Source: an uncultured delta proteobacterium | GTDB taxonomy: Bacteria > Myxococcota > Myxococcia > Myxococcales > Myxococcaceae | DNA: 64,000 nucleotides | Reading direction: 5' to 3' | Assembly (NCBI GenBank): GCA_963713045.1 | Contig: CAVQKE010000004.1 | Location: forward strand, 1,088,001-1,152,000 | In this document: positions 40,594 through 49,046 of the stretch, piece by piece | Numbering within the stretch: the first letter of the stretch is position 1 | How the letters are laid out: each line of letters opens with the position of its first letter | Notes under the pieces: model-generated | What the model was told of the DNA's origin: nothing | Databases searched by the model: none | The model's input: the letters and a program-made list of their open reading frames with translations, nothing else | Position numbers and translations under genes: made by a program

Positions 40594-43187
40594 GAGAAGC
40601 CTCACTGGCCCAGCACGTTCCCCTCTGGCGGACGCTGCGCGAGGAGGCGGTCACCGCGCTCGTGACGCCGGCGCTCGACTACGTGGGGTGCCTCGGCATC
40701 GATGGCATCGACACCCGCTTCTTGACGGATGACGAACGGGCGCAACGCGGAGAGGCCATGCGGGAACTGCTCGGAAGCCTCGACGACGAGGTGAGTTTGA
40801 TGCTCGTGTACCGCGTCCGCGAGGATGTGGAAGCGGACATTGCCGCCTACCAGGCAGGCGTCGCTCGGGCGGCGACGCCGGCCACGCGTGCCTACGTCGC
40901 CGCGAAGATACGGTGGCTCCGGCAGCAGCATCTGCGGCGAGGCCACCTCAGCCTCTTCTTTCTCTCCGGGGGCGGTAGTGGGCCGTTGGACCGAGGCGTT
41001 CTCGGCGCACCCCTGCTCTTCAAGAATGCCGAGCGGCTGTCGCAAAAGGTGCACTCGTCGCGGTTGCGCGCGCTGAGAGGCCTTCGCGACAAGCTGCGGG
41101 CGCGCCTCGCCGTGGCCGGCGTGCGGTCGCGCGAACTGGAACCGGTGGAGGTTCAACAGTTGCATTACGACCTCTTGAATCCCGGCCGCACCCGGCGAGC
41201 TGGAGCCGTCTGTCCGTCGGTCCAGCTGGTGGACAACCTCTGGACGGAGGCACTAGGGCGACGAGAGGGACGACACGTTCTCGAATACACCGAGGCCGAG
41301 TGCCTGTGCTTCGAATCCATCGCGGAGGAGCACGGCTACTTCCAGCAGGGTGGCCTGTTCCGTCGGGTGGCGACCCTCAAGGTTCTGCCAGAGGCGCGGA
41401 CACGACCGTTCTGCGGGCAGCCACTGCAGGCGCTGTGTCATCCCCTCACCGGACAGCCCTTTGGTTACACCCTCGCCGTCGCAATTCGTATCCGCCCCCA
41501 GACGCGTGCGAAGTTCTTCCTCAATCAGCAGCACAAACTCGTTGCGGCGCTGCGCAGCCTCGTTCACCAGGTGAGTGGAGAAGACGCCCGCCGAGCGGTT
41601 GATGACGCCGACAAACAGAGCGCCATCCGAGCTCTCTTTGCAGAGCTCAACGCCCTCTCGTCGAAGCTGACAGACGTCTCGGTCAGCCTCCTCCTCGACG
41701 CCGAGACGCTGGACGAGCTCGACGCGCGGACCGAGGCCGCTCGCAACGCGTTTCGGCTGCTCGGAAACAGCGAGTTACTGGTCGAGCACGCCGCCCAGCT
41801 GCCGTGCTACTTCGCACTCTTTCCTGGCGCCGGCGCTTACCAAGTGCGCCGAAAGGGCTGCACCACCCGAAATGCCGCGGACCTCCTCCCACTCTTCGAG
41901 CCATGGCACGGCGGCACCATCGCCGACACCGTCTTCGTTACGCCGCTTTCCACCACTCTCCGCTTTGGGCTGTTCGACGCGAGCCTGGGCAACGCCTTTC
42001 ACGGACTGATGTGCGCCGACACCGGTGCGGGAAAGTCTCTCACCGCCGGTGCGCTCGTCATCGATGCATTCATCGCCGGAAAGGACGCCATCCTCGTCGA
42101 CAACGGCGGCAGCTGGTCGCGGTTGACGCGCGTGCTTGGAGGCACGCTGGTCGAGGTCACGCTCAACACTGCGCTATGTCCCTTTCTCTGCTACCGCGAC
42201 ATGGTCGACCAGGAGGAACTGGCGCGGACCGGAGTCATGCAACTGGACAGTGCACTTGTACAGGACGCGGTGAGCTTCCTTCAGGTCTGCGTCGAGGACC
42301 GCGAGCTTCCCTCCTTTACCGTGCCGCAGCAAAACCTTGTGGGGAATGCAGTCTCTCAAACCTACGAGGAAAGGTTCCGGACCCGACCTGATGAACGCCC
42401 ACTGATGGGCGACTTTCAGCAGGCCCTTCGCAGACAGAGCGACGACGCAAACCTTCATCCGGAAGACCGGGCACTGGCTGCCCTCCTTGTGCGCCGACTC
42501 GATTTATTTTGTAGCGGGACCTACGCACGCTTCCTCAACCGCCCAAGCGACCTCCGCTACGACGGACGGTTGCTCACCTTCGAAATGGGGGCCATTGCCA
42601 AGGACAGCCTCCTGAAGAGGATTGCCCTTGCCGCGGTCATGGGCACCGTCACTGCACGAGCGGCCTCGCGAAGAAACAAGACGGTTTGCGCCATCGACGA
42701 GGCGCACGATTACCTCGGCGACAGCGCGGCGGCAGACGCCTTCCTCGGAAAGGCTTACGCCAAGATGCGGAAGTTCGACGTGGCGATGTGGGCCATCAGC
42801 CAGAAGTTCGAGGACTTCCAACGCTCGCGCGCGGCCGCCACCATCATCGGCAACTCCTTCCTCAAAATCTTTCTTTGGCACTCCTCGGGGTGGGAGGTAG
42901 TTCGCGACGCATTTGGATGGCCAGACAGCATCTACCGCGAGTTTCGGGCGCTCCAGCGAGTTCCATTCCAGTACACCGACTTCCTCCTTGTCTACGGAGA
43001 GCAGTATGCCACCGTCAGGCACTCCGTCCCGCCGCTCGCTTACTGGCTGCTCACCACGCACGGCGATGACCAGCGCCTGCTAGCGCGAACTCGAGAGAAA
43101 AACCCCCGCCTCGACGAGCTCACGCTCCTGCAAGAGCTCGCTGCGCGCTATCCCTCCGGCGCCTCGTCTGTCTCCGCGCCGCATTGA
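40590..43187 (+). CDS. virB4: VirB4/TraC-like T4SS ATPase
   Basis: Walker A ADTGAGKS, LVDNGGSW, Walker B AIDEAH, MRKF..ISQ, YWLLTT. Confidence 0.92.
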   Translation: MREASLAQHVPLWRTLREEAVTALVTPALDYVGCLGIDGIDTRFLTDDERAQRGEAMRELLGSLDDEVSLMLVYRVREDVEADIAAYQAGVARAATPATRAYVAAKIRWLRQQHLRRGHLSLFFLSGGGSGPLDRGVLGAPLLFKNAERLSQKVHSSRLRALRGLRDKLRARLAVAGVRSRELEPVEVQQLHYDLLNPGRTRRAGAVCPSVQLVDNLWTEALGRREGRHVLEYTEAECLCFESIAEEHGYFQQGGLFRRVATLKVLPEARTRPFCGQPLQALCHPLTGQPFGYTLAVAIRIRPQTRAKFFLNQQHKLVAALRSLVHQVSGEDARRAVDDADKQSAIRALFAELNALSSKLTDVSVSLLLDAETLDELDARTEAARNAFRLLGNSELLVEHAAQLPCYFALFPGAGAYQVRRKGCTTRNAADLLPLFEPWHGGTIADTVFVTPLSTTLRFGLFDASLGNAFHGLMCADTGAGKSLTAGALVIDAFIAGKDAILVDNGGSWSRLTRVLGGTLVEVTLNTALCPFLCYRDMVDQEELARTGVMQLDSALVQDAVSFLQVCVEDRELPSFTVPQQNLVGNAVSQTYEERFRTRPDERPLMGDFQQALRRQSDDANLHPEDRALAALLVRRLDLFCSGTYARFLNRPSDLRYDGRLLTFEMGAIAKDSLLKRIALAAVMGTVTARAASRRNKTVCAIDEAHDYLGDSAAADAFLGKAYAKMRKFDVAMWAISQKFEDFQRSRAAATIIGNSFLKIFLWHSSGWEVVRDAFGWPDSIYREFRALQRVPFQYTDFLLVYGEQYATVRHSVPPLAYWLLTTHGDDQRLLARTREKNPRLDELTLLQELAARYPSGASSVSAPH

Positions 43188-43210
43188 CGCCTCACCCGCC
43201 AGGAGTTGTC

Positions 43211-44098
43211 ATGCGACCCTTTTCACAGCCACCCTCTCCCTCGCTTGCAGCAGCCATCGTCGGCGGTCTGCTGGTGCTGGTCGCCGCTCCGGAAGCCTCG
43301 GCCGACCTCTTCGGCGGCGACCTCCCACTGCTCGGGACTCTGGTCTCCCAAGGCGCTCAGCAGCTCGCCACCGCCTCGCAGGCCCTCCGCGCAGTCAACG
43401 AGGACGTGGCGTCCGCCCAGCGGATGGTGGGCTTCGCCACCCAGGCACAAAGCCTCTTCAGCAGCTTCTCCGCCTCGCGGGTGGCCGACTTTGGCGCCGA
43501 CAACCTCGGGCTTCTTCAAGGAACACCCCCCGTTTCCGACCCCAGTCGACTTGCGAGCGGAGTCGCCCCTTGGGCGCCTGCAACCGGCGAGATGCAGAAC
43601 GCCACCCGTCAGTGCGCGAGCGACGTTGGATCAAGCGGCTCCGGCTGCCGACAAATACACGACGCCATCACGCCCAAGGATGCCCAGAGCGCTTTGAGCC
43701 GGACCTTCGGGCCGGCGCTGACCTCGGACACGCGGGCCGGCGACTACGAGGTATCACGTGCTCTGTCCGCGGCTGACACCCACCAGCAACAGGAGGCCTC
43801 TCGCGCCACCGTCTCAGCTGCCAACCGCAGTGCTGCCTGCGCCACGAGCGGGGACGCAGCAGTCTGCGCGCTTGCGCAAAGCGCACGACAGGAGAGCCAG
43901 CTTGACGTGGTCAACGCCCAACTCGCTGAGGGCAACCGTCTGTTGGCTGCGCACCTAGCGCTACAAAATGCAGAGCGCAAGCGCGCGCTCAGCGAGGCAC
44001 AACAGCGCCGAGCGGCAGTGGCTGAGGGACTGAAGGCCCTGAAGGCGCCGAGCTTCATTGTCTCCAGCGATGGGGTGAGTTTCCTCGGGGGTAATTGA
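43211..44098 (+). CDS. VirB5/TrbJ-like secreted helical protein
   Basis: Signal peptide (ASA/DLFGGD), Gln/Ala-rich coiled coils, located between virB4 and virB6; AGGAG RBS. Confidence 0.6.
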   Translation: MRPFSQPPSPSLAAAIVGGLLVLVAAPEASADLFGGDLPLLGTLVSQGAQQLATASQALRAVNEDVASAQRMVGFATQAQSLFSSFSASRVADFGADNLGLLQGTPPVSDPSRLASGVAPWAPATGEMQNATRQCASDVGSSGSGCRQIHDAITPKDAQSALSRTFGPALTSDTRAGDYEVSRALSAADTHQQQEASRATVSAANRSAACATSGDAAVCALAQSARQESQLDVVNAQLAEGNRLLAAHLALQNAERKRALSEAQQRRAAVAEGLKALKAPSFIVSSDGVSFLGGN

Positions 44099-44100
44099 CG

Positions 44101-44997
44101 ATGCGGTGCACGCGGTGGCTCGCTCTGGGGACCGTCATTTGCCCGGGCCTGGCGCTGGCGACCGGGGGCGAGGCGCTCGACCTTGGGAGCGGCGCCGTCG
44201 GCGCCTTGACCTCCAGAACCCTTGCCATCGGGCACGGGTTGCTTGCATTTCTGCTCGTCCTTGGACTCGTGGTGCAGCTGCTGCGCGGTCCAGGGCAACC
44301 GAGGCGCTATCTCGCCGTCGTTTGGCGCACTTTGCTGGTGCTCGGACTGCTGCAGGCCTATACGTTTCTTGCGGGCTCTCTGGTCAAGCAGTGCGCCTCT
44401 CTGTCCCAGAGTCTGGCCAACTCGGACGCCGAAGCTCCACTGGAGCAGTACCGGTCAGCCGTCACTCGGCGTCTGGCGGCTGTGGCGACTGAGGACACGA
44501 GCAGCGGGGGGACGGCAGGCGCCGCGTCATCACAAGAAGCTAAGCCGCCTGGACTGGGCGGCGTCCTCTTTGACGTCGTCATCGGTCTGGTGGTGCTCTT
44601 GGCCGGTGCCATCCACTGGGTCTTCACGGAGCTCTCCCGTATTCTGATTAGCTTCTTCTACGTCATTGGACCCATGGCGTTGGCATTCTACGTCCCGGGG
44701 CTCGACGCCCCGGGACGCTGGCTCCGAAGCCTGGTCACCGTCTCTTGCTGGCCTGTCGTCTCCTCGCTTTTGCTCAACCTCTCCACCGCTGTCGTCACCA
44801 CGACCGGCCTCGCGACCACCGGAGCTGGCGCTGCCTTTGGAGCGGTGGCGTCCTCTCTGCTGCTATGCGTTCTCGCTTTCGCCACGCCGAAGATTGCTTC
44901 CGCGCTGGTAGGAGGCGTCAGCAATCTGCTCGGCGAAGGCGCCCGTACCGCACTGAGAGTCGCCGGGGGAGCTGCGGCCGCGGGACTTTTGCCATGA
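44101..44997 (+). CDS. VirB6/TrbL-like inner membrane protein
   Basis: Polytopic; FYVIGPMALAF..P....RW, WP, TPKIASALVGG, Gly/Ala tail. Confidence 0.82.
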   Translation: MRCTRWLALGTVICPGLALATGGEALDLGSGAVGALTSRTLAIGHGLLAFLLVLGLVVQLLRGPGQPRRYLAVVWRTLLVLGLLQAYTFLAGSLVKQCASLSQSLANSDAEAPLEQYRSAVTRRLAAVATEDTSSGGTAGAASSQEAKPPGLGGVLFDVVIGLVVLLAGAIHWVFTELSRILISFFYVIGPMALAFYVPGLDAPGRWLRSLVTVSCWPVVSSLLLNLSTAVVTTTGLATTGAGAAFGAVASSLLLCVLAFATPKIASALVGGVSNLLGEGARTALRVAGGAAAAGLLP

Positions 44998-45752
44998 CTG
45001 CGCTGAATGCTTCGACACAGAGCAAACCGTCCGCAGTGGAGCAGTCCCCGACCGCGCGGGCGCTGGCGAGTCCACCAGCCATTTGGGCGGCTATGGTGCG
45101 CCAAGCCCAGTGGAAGAGCTGGGCGCTCATCTTGGCCTTCGCGCTCTGTGCGCTTGAGGGGCTGGTCATGCTTAAGCTCGCCGATAAGGAGCCCGACATC
45201 GTGCTCATCGCGCCCGACGGCAGGAGCACCTACCTGAGTCGCAGTATTGCCGGTGACGCGCTCGTCCGCTTTCTCGAGGAGCAGCGACAGCTGCCGAGCG
45301 ACGTCACCGTCTTCCATTTCACCAGGGATTTCCTGCAACACTTTTTCGCCACCGACTCGTTGAGTTACGACGCTTCGTTCCGAGACGCGCTCGGAATGCT
45401 GTCGCCGGCCTTCCGGGGGCGCGTCGCACGGGAGGCTGCCGACTCCAAGCTGCTAGAGAGTGTTCGCGCAAGTCGGGCCCGAGCTTCGGTGTCCATCGAG
45501 AGTCTGGACTTCACGGAACGGACGCCCGACGCGCTTCACCTTCGCGCGGTCTTGCTGCGGCGAACCGAGAACATTGCCGACAGGATGGTGCTCAGCGTCG
45601 ACAAGCTCGAGGTCGAACTCTATGAGTCCGTGGTGCCGCGAAGCGCCGCCCATCCCGATGGGCTGGTCATTGGCCAGTTCACCAGCCGGTCGGAGAAGGT
45701 GGACCGTTCCGCGGCGCCGCCTTCACCTGAGCCCGACCAGCATGCGCCCTAA
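44994..45752 (+). CDS. VirB8/TraE-like protein
   Basis: One N-terminal TM after W..MVRQAQWKSW; NTF2-like periplasmic domain ending PR...HPDGLVI. Confidence 0.75.
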   Translation: MTALNASTQSKPSAVEQSPTARALASPPAIWAAMVRQAQWKSWALILAFALCALEGLVMLKLADKEPDIVLIAPDGRSTYLSRSIAGDALVRFLEEQRQLPSDVTVFHFTRDFLQHFFATDSLSYDASFRDALGMLSPAFRGRVAREAADSKLLESVRASRARASVSIESLDFTERTPDALHLRAVLLRRTENIADRMVLSVDKLEVELYESVVPRSAAHPDGLVIGQFTSRSEKVDRSAAPPSPEPDQHAP

Positions 45753-46683
45753 TTCCCTTGGGTCTATGGCACTCTCCTGCACGCTGGCCTTCGCGCCCGT
45801 CGCTGCGGCAGTCGGAAAGGCAACCGACTCCGTCGTCACCAGCGGTAAACGAGCGCTCAAGCGACGGAGCCTGGTCATTACCGACGCGAACTTCAACGAA
45901 GTGCAGGTGATTCACGTCGCGGCCGGCGTCCCCACCACACTCAGCTTCCGTCAACCCCTGCGGGCCGAGAGCGTCATTCTGGCCGACGTCACCGACGCCT
46001 TCCTGCCGGTCAAGGCCACCGAAAACAGCATCGTCCTCATCCCGAAACGGGACCTCGGGCACCGCTCGATGACCACTCTCACCGTCACGCTCGCCGACGG
46101 CACCATCCTTCCTCTACTCCTGACGACCATCGCCGGAGAGGCGGATATTGGTGTCGACATCAACGTCGCCCTGGTGAAACAGGCGCCGCCCGAGTCGGCC
46201 GCAGCGCTCAAGAGGTCGCTCCTGGAGCTCCGGGCCGAAGTCGATGAATGTCGTGCCGACCAGGGCAGCGCGGGCATCACCAAGCTCGCCAGCGTCGTTC
46301 TCCAGCAGGACCTCTCCCGAACTCAAGTCTTCGAACACCACGAATTGCACCGGCGCGACAAGCAGGAGCGCCTCCTGGTGGACGTCCGCCAGGCCTACCG
46401 AATTTTCGGGCACACCTACCTGGTCCTCACCGTGGAGAACCGCGACCCGGCAAGGGTCTGGGTCCTCGATCATCCAGAGCTCGTCCTGACCGGCGCAAAC
46501 CAGACCATCGACGTTCAGATTGTCTCCTTCCTGATGGACCTTCCCGCCATCGCTCCCAACGAAATTGGGAAAATCGTAGTGGCCTTCCAGACTCCAACCC
46601 AAGGCAGCGGCAACTCCTTTACCCTGCAGCTTTTCGAGAAAAATGGGAGCCGGCATGTGAGGCTCGACGGGCTTTCGCTTTGA
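45742..46683 (+). CDS. DUF2381-like protein in the VirB9 position
   Basis: Signal peptide; IHVAAGVPTTLSF, LTVTLADG, coiled coil with C, AYR..LTVEN...W, IAP..VV, FTLQLFEKNGSRHV. Confidence 0.75.
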   Translation: MRPNSLGSMALSCTLAFAPVAAAVGKATDSVVTSGKRALKRRSLVITDANFNEVQVIHVAAGVPTTLSFRQPLRAESVILADVTDAFLPVKATENSIVLIPKRDLGHRSMTTLTVTLADGTILPLLLTTIAGEADIGVDINVALVKQAPPESAAALKRSLLELRAEVDECRADQGSAGITKLASVVLQQDLSRTQVFEHHELHRRDKQERLLVDVRQAYRIFGHTYLVLTVENRDPARVWVLDHPELVLTGANQTIDVQIVSFLMDLPAIAPNEIGKIVVAFQTPTQGSGNSFTLQLFEKNGSRHVRLDGLSL

Positions 46684-46721
46684 GTTGATGCAGGAAGCCT
46701 GAAGCCTCCCGAGGGGACGCC

Positions 46722-48974
46722 ATGTACGACGACATTGACCCCCGAAACCTTTCTCCCGGGACAGTGGTGGATGGCTACACCGTGCTCGGCAAGCTAGGCG
46801 GTGGAGGAATGGGCGAAATCTACCGCGTCCAGCGCGGTACCGAGCTCTTTGCGCTGAAACTTCAGGGCGAAAGGCTGAGTGAGGCGCTGGACCCTGTGAA
46901 GCGCGAAGAGCTGGAGGCAAGGTCCCGCCGCGAAGCTGCGGTTTTGCTGAGCCTGACGCACCCCAACATCCTCGCCATCATCGGCAGCGGACGCTGGCCT
47001 GACCGAAGCGGGTACCTCTACCTCATCACGGAGCTGGTCGGCGGCGAGGCACTGGACCGTTGGCACGAACGAAAGCAGCCCTCCCTGCGGCAGCTGGCCC
47101 ACGTCTTCGAAGAGTTGGCCGACGCATTGGACTACATGCACCGCGCGAGCATCTACCACCGCGACTTGAAAGACCCCAACGTCCTCGTTCGGGAGGACGG
47201 GACGCCAGTCGTGATTGACCTCGGCATCGCCCGGTCGCCAGCTGCTTACACGCTGACACGCGTTGGCGCCGTCATTGGCACGACCACGCACCTCTCTCCG
47301 GGCGTCTGCCGCTACCTGGTGGGCGAGAAGTCGCATGCTTACCGCTTTGGAGCGAGCGATGACCTGCACGCGCTCGGCTTTATGCTTTATGAGCGCCTCA
47401 CCGGTACGCCCCCCTTTCGCCAGCGCAGCGACGTCGAATGGCCGGAGTTTGACTACTACCGACAAGTCATGGAGCACGTTCCCCCGGCGCCGCGCGTGGT
47501 CTGCCCCGCAGTTCCAGAGGTGCTTTCCGCGCTCACCATTCGCCTTCTTGCCAAGACGCCGGAGGCCGGCTTCCGCGACGCCGCTCAACTGAGAGACGAA
47601 CTCGAGAAGGCACTTCTCGTGGCACCAGCATCCTGGGACGAACCCTTTCCCGTCCCACGGGGCGTCAAGCGCAAGGACCTCACCCGAAGTGCGCCAGTCA
47701 GGCTCGCGCAAACGGCCGAAGCCGATAACAGTAAATCCCCTCGCCCCCTCGCCGAAGACCGCGACCGCCGGAACGCCGCTGGCCTCACGGTGGGGAAGAC
47801 CGAGCGCGCTATCGCAGCTCTTGCTGCGAGCACCAAGGATGAAGGTCTGGCTTCTCCACCGGAGTTTCAGCCACCCACCTTCGATGGTCCTGCGCCTTTC
47901 ATCCCTCCGACGGAAGCCGTCCCTACAACGCCACCCAGAGGCCAGAACGCTCTGAGTGACACCTCTCTTCGCAAGATGGCCGCACAGCTTGGCGCAGAGA
48001 CGGCCGGCCGGCAGCGAATCAGCCCAATGGTGCTGGCTTTCCTCGCGCTCACTCTCGTCGCCGTGGCGACGCTGGTCGCGCGGGCGTTCGTCGAGCGCCC
48101 GCGTGGGCAGCCGAAAAGCCTTCTCGAGCGGTATCAGGCAGACCTCGCGGCCGAGCAAAAGACGAACGAAGCAACTGGGCCCCCGTCCGCCGCGCCAGCA
48201 CTGCCGCTGCAATCTTCGCTGTTACCCCCCGCCACCGGCCACGACGCCGCCTTATCGCCTGCGTTGGGAGGGCAGGACGCCGCTCCGTCCGTAGAAGACG
48301 CCAAAGCCATCCAAGCTGAGCTCGAGCGGACGTATGGCCACAGACGCCCGACCCTGCCCGCGAAGCCATCTTCACCGCCCGCGTCGACGCCCTCTTGGGT
48401 GAAGGGAGTGGAGCTCGTCGATGCAAAAGTCTCGACCTCTGGCGAAAAGAAACTTGGCGGACGCTACGGCGACCATCTGCGGCTCGAGCTTCGCAGCAAC
48501 CTCGACAGTCGCCTGTGCGGCTCGGGAGCGGTAGAGGCCGTCCTCACTCGCCCCTACGTCGTCAACGGCGGGGTGGTGCTCCCGGCACACACGCTGGCTT
48601 ATGGCCAGTGCACAGCACAGGCGGGACGCTTCCTCGTCACCTTCAGCAGGCTCCGCCTGCCGGACGGCACGGAAGTCCATTTCGATGGAGTGGCGATGGA
48701 CGTCGCTGACCGAAAGCCAGGCTTGCAGGCAACCCGGCGCCTCACATCTGGGAACGCTAGCCAGGAGAGTGTCAGCGGGGCACTTGTCCGGGGCGCCGCG
48801 GCGACGGTCCTCGGGACGGCAACCTCCGGTAGTAGCCTCGGCGCTCAAGTAGCCGGTAGCGCCGGCCAGACGGCCCTCAATGCGCACCCCCAGGGAGCCG
48901 CATCAGCCAGCGAGGACGCCATTCTTCTCGATGCGGGGGCCGGCATCGACGTCTTCGTCCGCCAAGCCTTCTGA
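46722..48974 (+). CDS. Ser/Thr protein kinase-TM-VirB10/TrbI fusion
   Basis: GGGGMG, ALK, RE, HRDLKDPN, DLG, GT, DLHALG; TM at about aa 436; C-terminal LRSNLDS..VEAVL..VLPAHT.AYG..RFLVTFSRLRLPDG..KPGL. Confidence 0.85.
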   Translation: MYDDIDPRNLSPGTVVDGYTVLGKLGGGGMGEIYRVQRGTELFALKLQGERLSEALDPVKREELEARSRREAAVLLSLTHPNILAIIGSGRWPDRSGYLYLITELVGGEALDRWHERKQPSLRQLAHVFEELADALDYMHRASIYHRDLKDPNVLVREDGTPVVIDLGIARSPAAYTLTRVGAVIGTTTHLSPGVCRYLVGEKSHAYRFGASDDLHALGFMLYERLTGTPPFRQRSDVEWPEFDYYRQVMEHVPPAPRVVCPAVPEVLSALTIRLLAKTPEAGFRDAAQLRDELEKALLVAPASWDEPFPVPRGVKRKDLTRSAPVRLAQTAEADNSKSPRPLAEDRDRRNAAGLTVGKTERAIAALAASTKDEGLASPPEFQPPTFDGPAPFIPPTEAVPTTPPRGQNALSDTSLRKMAAQLGAETAGRQRISPMVLAFLALTLVAVATLVARAFVERPRGQPKSLLERYQADLAAEQKTNEATGPPSAAPALPLQSSLLPPATGHDAALSPALGGQDAAPSVEDAKAIQAELERTYGHRRPTLPAKPSSPPASTPSWVKGVELVDAKVSTSGEKKLGGRYGDHLRLELRSNLDSRLCGSGAVEAVLTRPYVVNGGVVLPAHTLAYGQCTAQAGRFLVTFSRLRLPDGTEVHFDGVAMDVADRKPGLQATRRLTSGNASQESVSGALVRGAAATVLGTATSGSSLGAQVAGSAGQTALNAHPQGAASASEDAILLDAGAGIDVFVRQAF

Positions 48975-49046
48975 TGGGCGGCCTAGGACAGGAAACTTTA
49001 CGAGCGAGCAGAGCGGACGCGGCGTGGCGAGAAGCGGGAGTCTTGT

